A stretch of 30,257 nucleotides of DNA from Candidatus Odinarchaeota archaeon (GCA_038826135.1 JAWBON010000002.1:1-30257); one strand, 5' to 3'; shown: positions 17,339 to 26,643, counted from the stretch's first letter. Numbers and translations are program-made. The notes: generated from the letters alone by a model not told the origin.

Positions 17339-17874
17339 GTGAAAAAAGCATTTTGAATGATTGGGATACTAACCCTATGAGGATGCCTAGAATCTCAAGT
17401 GTGACTGTTAATATAGGTGTAGGTGTCTCGGGGGAAAAGTTAAACAAGGCGTTAACCGTTTTAGAGACTATAACAGGTCAGAAACCGGTAGCTACCTTGG
17501 CGAAGAAAAATATCAGAGACTTCTCTATAAAGGCTGGTGAAAGAATAGGCGCTAAAGTTACTTTGAGAGGGAGTAAAGCTGAGGGCTTCTTAAAGAAAGC
17601 GTTAGAGGTTGTTGAGTTCCGGATACCTGCATCCCAATTCGACCAGTATGGTAATGTATCCTTCGGTATAAAGGAGCATATAGAACTTTCTGGCGCTGAA
17701 TATGATCCTGAAATAGGAATATTCGGTATGGATGTATGTATCGCGCTTGAAAGACCAGGGTACAGAATCAAGAGGCGTAGAAATTACAGGAGGAAAGTAC
17801 CTTTATCACACAGAGTCAGCCGAGATGAGGCTATACTCTTCATGAAGAAGAAATTCGGTGTCAAAACCGATTGA
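17335..17874 (+). CDS. rplE: 50S ribosomal protein uL5
   Basis: NPMR.PRI..VTVNIGVG.SGE, FDQYGNVSFGIKEHI, YDPEIGIFGMDV. Confidence 0.97.
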   Translation: MSEKSILNDWDTNPMRMPRISSVTVNIGVGVSGEKLNKALTVLETITGQKPVATLAKKNIRDFSIKAGERIGAKVTLRGSKAEGFLKKALEVVEFRIPASQFDQYGNVSFGIKEHIELSGAEYDPEIGIFGMDVCIALERPGYRIKRRRNYRRKVPLSHRVSRDEAILFMKKKFGVKTD

Positions 17875-17888
17875 ATAGGTGAGCGAAT

Positions 17889-18035
17889 ATGAGTGAGAAA
17901 TCTTACGGTAAAGGTTCTAGAAGATGCAAGTTATGCGGGACACATCAAGCGCTAATCAGACGTTACGGTATTTATATATGTCGCCGCTGTTTCAGAGAGA
18001 GCGCTAAGAAAATAGGTTTTAAAAAATATAGTTAG
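17889..18035 (+). CDS. rpsN: 30S ribosomal protein uS14 (zinc-binding type), absent from the ORF track
   Basis: Manual translation gives [48 protein letters not shown] (48 aa). It has CxxC...CxxC and a GGTGA SD upstream. Confidence 0.96.
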   Translation: MSEKSYGKGSRRCKLCGTHQALIRRYGIYICRRCFRESAKKIGFKKYS

Positions 18036-18045
18036 GTGAGAGTAA

Positions 18046-18438
18046 TTGACACTGATGGATCCATTAGCTAATGCACTGTCAAACATAATAAATAGGGAGC
18101 GCATCGGTAGAAAAGAATGCGTAATATCCCCGGCCTCAAAGCTTATCGCGAACACTTTAAGAATAATGCAGAAAGCAGGCTATGTAGGGGAATTCGAATA
18201 CATAGATGACGGTAGAGCGGGTAAATTCCGAGTACAATTATTAGGGAGAATTAACAAATGCGGTGTAATAAAACCCAGATACTCTGTTAAATATAAGGAC
18301 ATTGATAAATGGGAGAGCGAGTTCTTACCTTCAAAAGATTTCGGTATATTAGTTGTCACAACACCGCGGGGTTTGATGACCCATATCGAGGCGAGAGAGA
18401 AAAAGATCGGGGGCAGACTATTAGCCTACGTATACTAG
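18046..18438 (+). CDS. rpsH: 30S ribosomal protein uS8
   Basis: [40 protein letters not shown]. Confidence 0.97.
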   Translation: MTLMDPLANALSNIINRERIGRKECVISPASKLIANTLRIMQKAGYVGEFEYIDDGRAGKFRVQLLGRINKCGVIKPRYSVKYKDIDKWESEFLPSKDFGILVVTTPRGLMTHIEAREKKIGGRLLAYVY

Positions 18439-18450
18439 GGGTGACTTATA

Positions 18451-19020
18451 TTGGTGAAAGTAAAGTATAGTGAGAAACTGGTAAACATTCCAGCGGACGT
18501 TACCGTTAAAATAGAGGGTAAGAGTGTAACGGTTACAGGTGTGAAAGGAACTGTGAAAAAAGATTTCTCTGAAACCCCCTTCAAATATGAACTGGTAAAT
18601 AACAGTTTAAAAATCTCTAAGAATGATGTAAATAAGAAAGAGCTGGCTACGATGGGTACAATCGCATCCCATATTAAAAATATGTTTTCAGGTGTAACTA
18701 AAGGCTACACTTATAAAATGAAGATAGTCTACTCGCACTTCCCTATAAGCGTTAAAGTATTAAGCGCTGATAAACTCCAGATTGAAAATTACGGGGGTGA
18801 ACGTCAACCGCGAATTGCTAAAATACTAAACGGGGTTCAAGTACGCGTTGAAGGTGATGACCTAATAATCGCAGGTATTGATAAAGATGCGGTCTCACAG
18901 ACTGCAGCTAATATTCAACAAACCTGCAGAACTAAAGATAAGGATCCGCGAGTGTTTATGGATGGAATATATGTTTACCAGAAGCTCGTAGGTGAAGATA
19001 TATTCTGGAAGCTGATTTAA
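18451..19020 (+). CDS. rplF: 50S ribosomal protein uL6
   Basis: GVTKGYTYKMKIVYSHFPI, IENYGGE, KDPRVFMDGIYVY. Confidence 0.97.
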   Translation: MVKVKYSEKLVNIPADVTVKIEGKSVTVTGVKGTVKKDFSETPFKYELVNNSLKISKNDVNKKELATMGTIASHIKNMFSGVTKGYTYKMKIVYSHFPISVKVLSADKLQIENYGGERQPRIAKILNGVQVRVEGDDLIIAGIDKDAVSQTAANIQQTCRTKDKDPRVFMDGIYVYQKLVGEDIFWKLI

Positions 19021-19032
19021 CGGTGAACTGTC

Positions 19033-19743
19033 ATGAACGAGATTAATAGACTGCTGAAACTGAGAGAAAAAATAAAAAAACATAAGCCATCCTTCATAAG
19101 ACAGGAGAGCTGGAAATATAAGAGATTATGCGAAGCTTGGAGAAAACCGAAAGGAATCGACAACAAGGTTAGAAAATGCAAAAAAGGTTTTATTAAAATG
19201 CCGAGTATAGGTTACAGGTCCCCGGAGAAAGTTAGAGGATACCATCCTACAGGGAGAATGGAAATACTAGTAGAGAATATTAAACAGCTTGACAGCATAG
19301 AACCTGATAAATACATTCTCAGATTATCCTCCAAGCTAGGTATGCGTAAAAAAACTGATATAATACAAACAGCCCAAGAGAAGGGTTTACTGATAACAAA
19401 TCTGCCTTTAAAGAAAGAGAAAGCGCCTGAAAAATGGGAGAAACTAACAGAACTTGAAACAGAAGAAATAAAACCTGAATTAGATGAAAAATACGTTAAA
19501 GAGCTTGAAGCTGAAGGCGCGCTTGAAGGATTACCAGAATATGAGCCTGAAGTTAAAGAGAAAACCGGGAAATCGAAGAAAACAGCTAAAAAAGTAGGCA
19601 CGTCAAAAAAAGAGGCTAAAAGTAAGACTAAAACAAAAAAGGTTAAAACCAGTAAAAAACCAGCGGCGGCTAAAAAATCGAAGAAACCCGTAAAAGAGGT
19701 TGGTAAAGATGAGTCTAAGACCCCAAAAAGAACTAGCGGCTAA
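19033..19743 (+). CDS. rpl32e: 50S ribosomal protein eL32 with ~110-aa C-terminal extension
   Basis: KPSFIRQESWKYKRL..AWRKPKGIDNK, GYRSP..VRG.HPTG. The core ends near aa 125. Confidence 0.95.
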   Translation: MNEINRLLKLREKIKKHKPSFIRQESWKYKRLCEAWRKPKGIDNKVRKCKKGFIKMPSIGYRSPEKVRGYHPTGRMEILVENIKQLDSIEPDKYILRLSSKLGMRKKTDIIQTAQEKGLLITNLPLKKEKAPEKWEKLTELETEEIKPELDEKYVKELEAEGALEGLPEYEPEVKEKTGKSKKTAKKVGTSKKEAKSKTKTKKVKTSKKPAAAKKSKKPVKEVGKDESKTPKRTSG

Positions 19744-20158
19744 AATACTGAAGGTTGGTAAAAGCAGGGTTTGGATCGACCCTACTAGAATCGACGACGT
19801 TATGATTGCTATAAGACGGCAGGATATTAAAAAACTAATACATGAAAAAGTCATAGATAAAAAACCTGAAACAAGCATCAGCAGAGGAAGAGTTCGAGTC
19901 AGTAAAAATAAGAAGAAAAAAGGACTTAGAGTAGGTCACGGCTCGAGGAAAGGTCCGAAATTCTCAACACTGCCAAATAAAACACTCTGGGTTTCAAGAA
20001 TAAGAAAACAGAGGGAGTATCTTAAACAGCTTAGAGAAAGACGTTTACTAACACCTGCAAATTATAGAATGCTGTATTTGCGCGCTAAAGGCGGGTCGTT
20101 TAACTCAATAGCCCAGCTTAAAGCGTTTATCGCGCAGAATAAGCTTTTGAGGAGATAA
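19709..20158 (+). CDS. rpl19e: 50S ribosomal protein eL19
   Basis: QKELAAKILKVGKSRVWIDP, GHGSRKG, LYLRAKGG.F. ATG 19709 follows SD GAGGT and overlaps the eL32 end by 35 nt. Confidence 0.96.
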   Translation: MSLRPQKELAAKILKVGKSRVWIDPTRIDDVMIAIRRQDIKKLIHEKVIDKKPETSISRGRVRVSKNKKKKGLRVGHGSRKGPKFSTLPNKTLWVSRIRKQREYLKQLRERRLLTPANYRMLYLRAKGGSFNSIAQLKAFIAQNKLLRR

Positions 20159-20161
20159 AAT

Positions 20162-20812
20162 ATGGCTAAAGGACCAGAATACCGGGTGGAGTTCCGGCGG
20201 AGAAGAGAGGGTAAAACAAATTATTACCTCCGTAGAAAACTGTTAGCTTCAAAATTAATTAGGTTTGTGGTTAGAAAAAGTTCAAAACATTTAACAGTCC
20301 AGTTAATAGCCCCGAAACTTGGCGGTGATAAAGCTATCGTAACTGTTAACACAAAAGAGCTTCAAACCAAATACGGTTGGAAGGCGGGAACAGGTAATCT
20401 CCCTGCAGCTTACTTAGCCGGGTATTTAGCAGGTAAGCGGGCGATCGCAAAAGGTGTGAAAAACGCGATAGTAGATATAGGGTTATGTCCGTGCATAGGC
20501 GGGAGCAGAATTTTCTCCGCTCTTAAAGGCGCGTTGACAGCAGGTTTAAGAATACCGGTCTCCGAGGAGATTCTACCTGATGATGAACGGGTTAAAGGCG
20601 TTCATATTAAAAACTATTATGAACACCTCGCAAAGAATCATCCTGAATCGAATAAACAACAGTTTAGTAAACTCGCATCCGCCGGGCTTGACCTATCAAA
20701 ATTACCAGAACATTTCGAAGAAGTTCTAAAAACTATTGATAAACAACTTGACAAAGCGAAACCTGGAAAACAATCATCTAAAAAAACAGCTGAAAGCTCT
20801 AAGGGAGGTTGA
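20162..20812 (+). CDS. rplR: 50S ribosomal protein uL18
   Basis: [33 protein letters not shown]. Confidence 0.97.
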   Translation: MAKGPEYRVEFRRRREGKTNYYLRRKLLASKLIRFVVRKSSKHLTVQLIAPKLGGDKAIVTVNTKELQTKYGWKAGTGNLPAAYLAGYLAGKRAIAKGVKNAIVDIGLCPCIGGSRIFSALKGALTAGLRIPVSEEILPDDERVKGVHIKNYYEHLAKNHPESNKQQFSKLASAGLDLSKLPEHFEEVLKTIDKQLDKAKPGKQSSKKTAESSKGG

Positions 20813-20817
20813 AGTTA

Positions 20818-21441
20818 ATGTCAAACCTAGATGAATGGCAGCCTAAAACAAGACTTGGTAGAATGGTGAAAGAAGGTAAGATCACAAACATTGACGAATT
20901 GTTCAGGCTCTGTCAACCCATTAAAGAGGTTGAAATAATCGACAGTCTTCTACCGAATCTTCAAGAAGAGGTTGTAGACTTGAACCTTGTTCAGAAACAA
21001 ACAGATGCTGGTGAAAGCTCCCGTTTCAAGGCCACAGTTGTCGTCGGTAACAGTGAAGGTTATGTTGGTATAGGTGAAGCTAAGGCTAAAGAGGTTGGCC
21101 CGGCTATAAGAATAGCTATAATCAAGGCTAAACTAAATATCAGACCTGTTAAAAGAGGATGCGGTAGCTGGGAATGCGGATGCGGAACACCCCACTCCCT
21201 ACCGTTCAAAACCACCGGTAAAGCTGGTAGTGTAGAAATCACGTTACTTCCAGCCCCTAAAGGAGTCGGTCTTGTTGTAGCTGACTGTGTGAAACTGGTA
21301 TTAAGATTAGCCGGGATTAAGGACGTTTGGTGTTGGAGTAAAGGCCATACCAGAAGTACTTTCAACTTCGCGAAAGCAGCTTACGACGCTTTAAAAAACA
21401 CATATAATATTATGACACCTAAGGAATGGGAGCGTGCGTAA
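20818..21441 (+). CDS. rpsE: 30S ribosomal protein uS5
   Basis: [38 protein letters not shown]. Start moved to ATG 20818. Confidence 0.97.
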   Translation: MSNLDEWQPKTRLGRMVKEGKITNIDELFRLCQPIKEVEIIDSLLPNLQEEVVDLNLVQKQTDAGESSRFKATVVVGNSEGYVGIGEAKAKEVGPAIRIAIIKAKLNIRPVKRGCGSWECGCGTPHSLPFKTTGKAGSVEITLLPAPKGVGLVVADCVKLVLRLAGIKDVWCWSKGHTRSTFNFAKAAYDALKNTYNIMTPKEWERA

Positions 21442-21444
21442 AAT

Positions 21445-21924
21445 ATGGAGGCTACTAAAGTGTTATCGGTTATACGTATAAGAGGAACAGTCGACGTTAA
21501 CTATGAAATAGAGGACACTATGAAAATGCTTAGACTGCATAAACCAAACCATCTTGTGCTACTAGATGATAGGAAATCATATGTTAAAATGCTTCATAAA
21601 ATAAACAATTACATTGCTTGGGGTGAGGTTTCCGCAGATATGATAGAAAAACTTCTCAGAGAGAAGGGTAGGCTACAGGGGAACAAGCCGTTAACCGATG
21701 AATACTTGCAGAGTAACTCCGAGTTTAAATCGGTAAAGGAGCTTGCTAAAAGAATCCACGAGCTTAAAGCTAGTTTAACAGATGTAAAAGGTTTAAAACC
21801 TGTATTTAGATTACACCCACCGATGGGAGGTTTTAAAGGTTCGAAGAAAAAACCTTATAGTATGGGGGGCTTATTAGGCTATCACGGTAAGGAGATAGAG
21901 AACCTGATAAATAAAATGTTATAA
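21445..21924 (+). CDS. rpmD: 50S ribosomal protein uL30 (long archaeal form)
   Basis: IRIRGTVDV, FRLHPP.GGFKG.KK.Y..GG.LGY.G. Confidence 0.96.
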   Translation: MEATKVLSVIRIRGTVDVNYEIEDTMKMLRLHKPNHLVLLDDRKSYVKMLHKINNYIAWGEVSADMIEKLLREKGRLQGNKPLTDEYLQSNSEFKSVKELAKRIHELKASLTDVKGLKPVFRLHPPMGGFKGSKKKPYSMGGLLGYHGKEIENLINKML

Positions 21925-21943
21925 ATAACCGGGGTAGAGCGTA

Positions 21944-22528
21944 TTGTCTGAGGAAGATGAGAATAAAAGAAAAAAGAAGAATTGGTGGGAGGAGGACTCC
22001 TTCGATGAGCTTACAGATATAGATGAATTATTCAAGAAACTAGCTGAAGGTTTTTTCAATCTTCCTAAAATAAGTGAGATGATTGAAAGTCTAATCAGAG
22101 ATTTCGAACAGGATAAAGAAAAATTTATGAATTTAAAAGAACCGCTTTTCTGGGGGTTTTCAATAACCAGAGGCCCTGATAATAAACCTGTGATAAGAAA
22201 ACTCGGCAACATTGAACCTGGAGAGGAACGGACAATAGTTAAAGAGGAGAGGGAGCCCCTTGTAGATATATTAAGCGAGGGTAAAGAAATAGTGGTGATA
22301 GCTGAGCTTCCAGGGGTTGAAAAAGATCAGATAAATCTTAAAGCAACCGATAACTATCTTGTCTTGAACGCTACTGCTCCTCAGCGGAAATACTATAAGA
22401 AGATACAATTCAAAGAGAAAATAGATCCGAGCAGCGCTAAAGCCATTTATAAGAATGGTGTTTTAGAAGTCAGATTCAAAAAACATGCTGCTGTGAACAG
22501 TTCAGGCGCGGAGATAAAAATTCAATAA
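21944..22528 (+). CDS. hsp20: Archaeal small heat shock protein Hsp20 (alpha-crystallin domain)
   Basis: GFSITRGPD.KP.IR.LGN, EREPLVDI, VIAELPGVEKDQI, KA.YKNGVLEV. Confidence 0.93.
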   Translation: MSEEDENKRKKKNWWEEDSFDELTDIDELFKKLAEGFFNLPKISEMIESLIRDFEQDKEKFMNLKEPLFWGFSITRGPDNKPVIRKLGNIEPGEERTIVKEEREPLVDILSEGKEIVVIAELPGVEKDQINLKATDNYLVLNATAPQRKYYKKIQFKEKIDPSSAKAIYKNGVLEVRFKKHAAVNSSGAEIKIQ

Positions 22529-22548
22529 AATTTTCAAGGAGGTTAATT

Positions 22549-22992
22549 ATGACGCTTAGATTCTCTAAAAAAGTGAGAAAATACAGGGGTTGGAGAACGC
22601 AAGGTTATGGTAGAGTAGGTCAGCATAGGAAAAGCGGTATGAAAGGCGGTAAAGGCTTTGCCGGTATGAAAAAACACGGTAAAAGCTGGATTTTAACACA
22701 TATACCTGGATATTTTGGGAAACACGGTTTCACGAGCCCTGTCTCATCATCCGCGAAAGTTAAACCGATAACTCTGAGAGAGTTAGATCAACTTGTAAAG
22801 CGTTTAGGGGCAGGTTCAACACCGACCGGTAAGCTTTTAACTGTTAATCTTAAAAATCACGGCTATAATAAACTTCTCTCAACAGGTTATCTTTCAACTC
22901 CAGCTGAGATCATGGTTGAAAAAGCAACCGCTAAGGCGATAAGTAAAGTTGAATCCATCGGCGGTAAAGTGATATTAGCTAATAAAAACTAA
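22549..22992 (+). CDS. rplO: 50S ribosomal protein uL15
   Basis: KKVRKYRG.RT.GYGRVGQHRKSG.KGG.G.AG, YFGKHGF, KLLSTG. Confidence 0.96.
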   Translation: MTLRFSKKVRKYRGWRTQGYGRVGQHRKSGMKGGKGFAGMKKHGKSWILTHIPGYFGKHGFTSPVSSSAKVKPITLRELDQLVKRLGAGSTPTGKLLTVNLKNHGYNKLLSTGYLSTPAEIMVEKATAKAISKVESIGGKVILANKN

Positions 22993-23064
22993 AAATATTT
23001 AATTAAAACCAGTAAAATAGAAGAATAATACTCTCGTCATTCAAGTAAGCGAGTTGAACTCTAA

Positions 23065-24516
23065 ATGGTTCGTTTCCTAGAAGTCTTCAAGCCTTTGATG
23101 AGAATAGTCCCGGAGGTTAAGATTCCAGAGCGTAAAGTATCTTTTAAAATGAAGATTCTTTACACGATAATAGTGCTTATAGTCTATCTTGTCATGTCAA
23201 ATATCCCGCTCTGGGGTATACCTGTAGGAATTGGATCAGACTACTTTTACTACTGGCGTATTTTATTCGCTTCAAACCGTGGCACTCTCACAGAGCTTGG
23301 AATAGGACCGATTGTAACAGCCGGATTAATACTGCAGGTTTTAGCCGGTTCTAAAATAATTAAAGTAGACTTCTCAGATCCTTATGATAGATCACTATTC
23401 ACAGGCACTCAGAAAGTGCTTGCAATATTAATGACTGCGATTCAAGCTATCGCCTATATAAGCTTCGGAGCCTACGGTGCTTTAACATTCGAAGTGGCTT
23501 TCTTCGTTTTCCTCCAGCTTTTCTTCGCAGGTATACTTATAATTTTAATGGATGAAATGATTCAGAAAGGTTGGGGTATAGGAAGCGGTGTGAGCCTGTT
23601 CATAGCAGCTAACGTCACAGGCTCTATTTTCTGGAATATGTTCTCTCCAGCTCCAGCCAGCGACGGATATTTCCGGGGTGGTATAATAGCATTCTTTCAG
23701 GGAGTTATAGCCGCAGTTACAGGCGGTACTATAAACGGTAATCCCCCGGATCTAGTTTATTTAAGCTTCACAAGATACCCTGAGCCTAGTCTAATAGGAT
23801 TTATAGTTACAATAGCTGTAGTTGTCATAGTAGTATACTTCGAGTCAGTTCGCGTGGAGATCCCTCTGAAAATGGCTAAATACCGCGGCTACACTGGTCG
23901 TTATCCTATAAGATTCCTCTATGTTTCAAATATCCCTGTAATATTAGCTCAAGCAATATACGCCAATATTCTCCTAGTAGGCCAAGGGGTTTGGAACACC
24001 TTCAATAAGTTAAACGATAACCCGTTGCTGAATATTATAGCTATGTTTAAATCAGGCAGCAGCGGGCAGCTGGAGCCTATAGGCGGCTTAGTGTATTTTC
24101 TCACACCGCCTAGAGGAATAGTGGGGGCTGGGAGCATAGCATCCGACCCGTTGAGGGCTCTAATATATCTTCTCATATTTATACTGCTATGCGCGGCGCT
24201 TGCTAAAGTATGGGTTGAAGTTTCAGGCATCTCTTCAAGGGATATAGCCCGCCAGCTTCTAGCTTCACCGATGCAGATCCCGGGGTTCCGTCAATCCCTC
24301 ACGGTTTATGAAAGTATATTAAACAGGTACATACCTACCGTAACAATTCTAGGAGGGCTATTCGTAGGTTTGCTGACTGTTTTCGCTGATTTTCTAGGCG
24401 CTTTCGGAACAGGTATGGGAGTCCTGCTCTTGGTGGGTATAGTCTTCCAGTATCTTAGAACAGTAGCGGAGGAGCAGCAGGGTGAACTCGCAGCCTTTAT
24501 CGGGAGGAGGAGATGA
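23065..24516 (+). CDS. secY: Preprotein translocase SecY/Sec61alpha
   Basis: ILFASNRGTLTELGIGPIVTAG, GWGIGSGVSLFIA, YPIRFLYVSNIPVIL, GTGMGVLL.VGI, about 10 TMs. Confidence 0.98.
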   Translation: MVRFLEVFKPLMRIVPEVKIPERKVSFKMKILYTIIVLIVYLVMSNIPLWGIPVGIGSDYFYYWRILFASNRGTLTELGIGPIVTAGLILQVLAGSKIIKVDFSDPYDRSLFTGTQKVLAILMTAIQAIAYISFGAYGALTFEVAFFVFLQLFFAGILIILMDEMIQKGWGIGSGVSLFIAANVTGSIFWNMFSPAPASDGYFRGGIIAFFQGVIAAVTGGTINGNPPDLVYLSFTRYPEPSLIGFIVTIAVVVIVVYFESVRVEIPLKMAKYRGYTGRYPIRFLYVSNIPVILAQAIYANILLVGQGVWNTFNKLNDNPLLNIIAMFKSGSSGQLEPIGGLVYFLTPPRGIVGAGSIASDPLRALIYLLIFILLCAALAKVWVEVSGISSRDIARQLLASPMQIPGFRQSLTVYESILNRYIPTVTILGGLFVGLLTVFADFLGAFGTGMGVLLLVGIVFQYLRTVAEEQQGELAAFIGRRR

Positions 24517-25115
24517 ATACGCCCTTCGGTAAAATTGTAATTATAGCAGGCGCTCCAGGAGTGGGGAAAACCACAGTGGTTAATCTAGCTGTTAAAAAAG
24601 CCGCTGAAAAAGGTTATACGAATATTGAAATATTAAATTACGGGACAGCTATGTTCGAAGCGGCTAAAGAGGAGAAATTAGTTGAGGAGAGAGATGGTAT
24701 GAGGAAACTCCCCCCTGAAACACAGATAAAACTTCAAAAAATCGCTGCTAAAAAAATAAGGGAGAAGGCTGCGGAGGGGGGAACTGTTATAATAGACACT
24801 CACATGCTTATCAGCACCCCCGGAGGTTACCTTGTAGGATTACCGTCATGGGTTGCTGAGGAGCTTAGACCAGATCAGATAATCTTGGTTGAAGCCGACC
24901 CTGAGGATATATTTATCAGAAGGCTTGAGGATGAAACTAGGAATAGGGATATTGAGGAAACCCGGTCGCTTCAACTACACCAGGATCTCGCGCGTTCAAC
25001 AGCTATCTCATGCGCTGTTCTAATAGGCTCTACATTAAACATAGTTTATAATACTCAAGGTGATCCTGATAAAGCCGCTGAAAAAATCGCGAAGCTGCTT
25101 GTAGGAGAAGTGTAA
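24513..25115 (+). CDS. adkA: Archaeal adenylate kinase
   Basis: P-loop GAPGVGKTT, NYGTAMFE, RDGMRKL, DTH..I.TP.GY..GLP. Confidence 0.95.
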   Translation: MNTPFGKIVIIAGAPGVGKTTVVNLAVKKAAEKGYTNIEILNYGTAMFEAAKEEKLVEERDGMRKLPPETQIKLQKIAAKKIREKAAEGGTVIIDTHMLISTPGGYLVGLPSWVAEELRPDQIILVEADPEDIFIRRLEDETRNRDIEETRSLQLHQDLARSTAISCAVLIGSTLNIVYNTQGDPDKAAEKIAKLLVGEV

Positions 25116-25118
25116 GAT

Positions 25119-25658
25119 ATGTTAACAACGACTCTAATACCCGGAATATTTGAAATAGTCCAGTACCCTCCAGGATCAGCGATCCTAGTTGTAGGTATAG
25201 CTGTTGTAACAGCTTTAGTTTCGAATCTTATTACACGGTTGCTAACTGATACAGCTCAGCTTAAAAGATATACTAAGCAGATTAGACTTCATAAAGAAGC
25301 TTTGAAAAAAGCTGAAACGGAAGGGGATACTAAGAAAATCATTCAACTTCAAAGAAAAAATAAATACATACAGAAGATCTCTGGAAAAATGGCTAAACAA
25401 AGGTTAAAACCTCTAATATTCACTTTTGTACCGTTAATAATATTATTCTTTATACTCAACAATTTTTTCACATCTAGCGGCTCCGCTATATTAGTCGCCT
25501 ACACCCCATTCCGACTTAACACTCTCCCCTTTATAGGCACGCTCCTGGGCAAAGTCGACTCACTAGGTTATGGTCTTTACTTTGTATTCTGGTATATGAT
25601 CTGTAACTTTGCCATAGCCACTGTAATATCGAGAGCTCTTGGAACATCAGGTGAATGA
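25119..25658 (+). CDS. EMC3/TMCO1 (DUF106, Oxa1 superfamily) membrane insertase
   Basis: TM, coiled coil, then two TMs (KPLIFTFVP, WYMIC). Canonical position after secY-adk. Confidence 0.9.
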   Translation: MLTTTLIPGIFEIVQYPPGSAILVVGIAVVTALVSNLITRLLTDTAQLKRYTKQIRLHKEALKKAETEGDTKKIIQLQRKNKYIQKISGKMAKQRLKPLIFTFVPLIILFFILNNFFTSSGSAILVAYTPFRLNTLPFIGTLLGKVDSLGYGLYFVFWYMICNFAIATVISRALGTSGE

Positions 25659-25671
25659 GAGAGGTGTTTTA

Positions 25672-25872
25672 ATGGCTAAATGCTCTAGGTGTGGTGGGAA
25701 ACTTAACGGTATACCTCAAAGAAGCAGAGTTGAAATATCTAAGCTAAGTAAGTCTATGAAGCAGGTTTCAAGACTATGCGCGGGCAGCATCTGCCATAAC
25801 TGCGTTGCTCAAATGATTAAAGCAGCTGTGAGAGGTGAGGCTGCTAAGCTAACTGGCGCTACTGAAGGGTGA
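25672..25872 (+). CDS. rpl34e: 50S ribosomal protein eL34, N-terminally shortened (66 aa)
   Basis: AKCSRCG.KL.G.P...CHNC...IKAAVR, in its canonical position. SD GAGGTG precedes ATG 25672. Confidence 0.8.
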   Translation: MAKCSRCGGKLNGIPQRSRVEISKLSKSMKQVSRLCAGSICHNCVAQMIKAAVRGEAAKLTGATEG

Positions 25873-25944
25873 GAGATTGCAGCGGGTAATGCTCCTCCTA
25901 ACCAGTCATCCCCCGTCTATTTGCTGGTTTCTTGAGGTGGTTTG

Positions 25945-26505
25945 ATGAACCTTGTTATATGTATAAGCGGTTCAGCTGGTACTGGTAAATCAACTCAAGC
26001 TACTGTAATAGCTAAAAAATACGGGTTAAAGTACGCTTCAGCTGGGAGTATTTTCAGAGATATTGCACGGGAAAGAGGGTTGAGTTTAAAAGAACTCTCC
26101 GAACATGTTTTAGAAGATACAAGTATAGACCTTGAAATCGACAAGAGAACTAAGGCTTTAGCTAAAGCCGGTAACATAGTTTTAGAGGGGCGTCTCACCG
26201 CTTGGATGACTAAAGGAATTGAGGCGCTTAGAATTTATCTAAGATGTCCGTTAGAAACGGAGATAAAGCGGGTTGCTGAAAGGGATGGTAGGAGTTTAGA
26301 GGAAGCTAGAGCTGAAACAATCGCTCGCGAGGAGAGTGAGAGAGTAAGATACAGTAAAATATACGGGATAGATGTCCGCGATCTAAGTATATACGATATT
26401 GTAGTGAACACCGACATTTACTCTATTGAAAGTGTTACAAAGATACTTATTACAGCAGTTGATGAGTATATTGCAAATATGGATAAGCGTTCAAACCGCT
26501 GCTAG
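25945..26505 (+). CDS. cmk: Cytidylate kinase (archaeal type)
   Basis: ISGSAGTGKST, SAG.IFR.IA.ERG, VLEGRL..W, RVAERDG, RY..IYGID. Confidence 0.95.
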   Translation: MNLVICISGSAGTGKSTQATVIAKKYGLKYASAGSIFRDIARERGLSLKELSEHVLEDTSIDLEIDKRTKALAKAGNIVLEGRLTAWMTKGIEALRIYLRCPLETEIKRVAERDGRSLEEARAETIAREESERVRYSKIYGIDVRDLSIYDIVVNTDIYSIESVTKILITAVDEYIANMDKRSNRC

Positions 26506-26506
26506 T

Positions 26507-26605
26507 TGGCGCGGGGGGCGGGATTCGAACCCGCGCGATCCAATGGATCACAAGCTTTCAGTATCCTCTCCAGGCTTGCGCCGTAGTCCACTTGGCTACC
26601 CCCGC
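26507..26605 (-). tRNA. tRNA-Ser(GGA) with an 11-nt intron at 37/38 (26557-26567) and encoded CCA
   Basis: Acceptor GCGGGGG/CCCCCGC, discriminator G and CCA. D-stem GCC/GGC, anticodon stem CAAGC/GCTTG with loop CT-GGA-G|intron|A. Long variable arm GATCC-ATT-GGATC and T-loop TTCGAAT. Confidence 0.92.
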
Positions 26606-26643
26606 CTAAAGATAGGTTAATTATAGTTTTCGCTACTTGTAAT

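Noticed and set aside
21962-21979. KRKKK in the Hsp20 N-terminus resembling a nuclear localisation signal
   Set aside because: Short basic runs are common, and the DNA here is a simple A-rich tract.
22993-23064. Possible hairpins between uL15 and secY
   Set aside because: Only 4-5-bp AT-rich stems with large loops. More likely a plain internal promoter or spacer.
15743-24230. Antisense ORFs within ribosomal protein, hsp20 and secY genes
   Set aside because: Shadow ORFs of highly conserved sense genes.
23065-25658. secY-adk-EMC3/TMCO1 linkage as a novel membrane insertion system
   Set aside because: This is the canonical, well-described archaeal arrangement.
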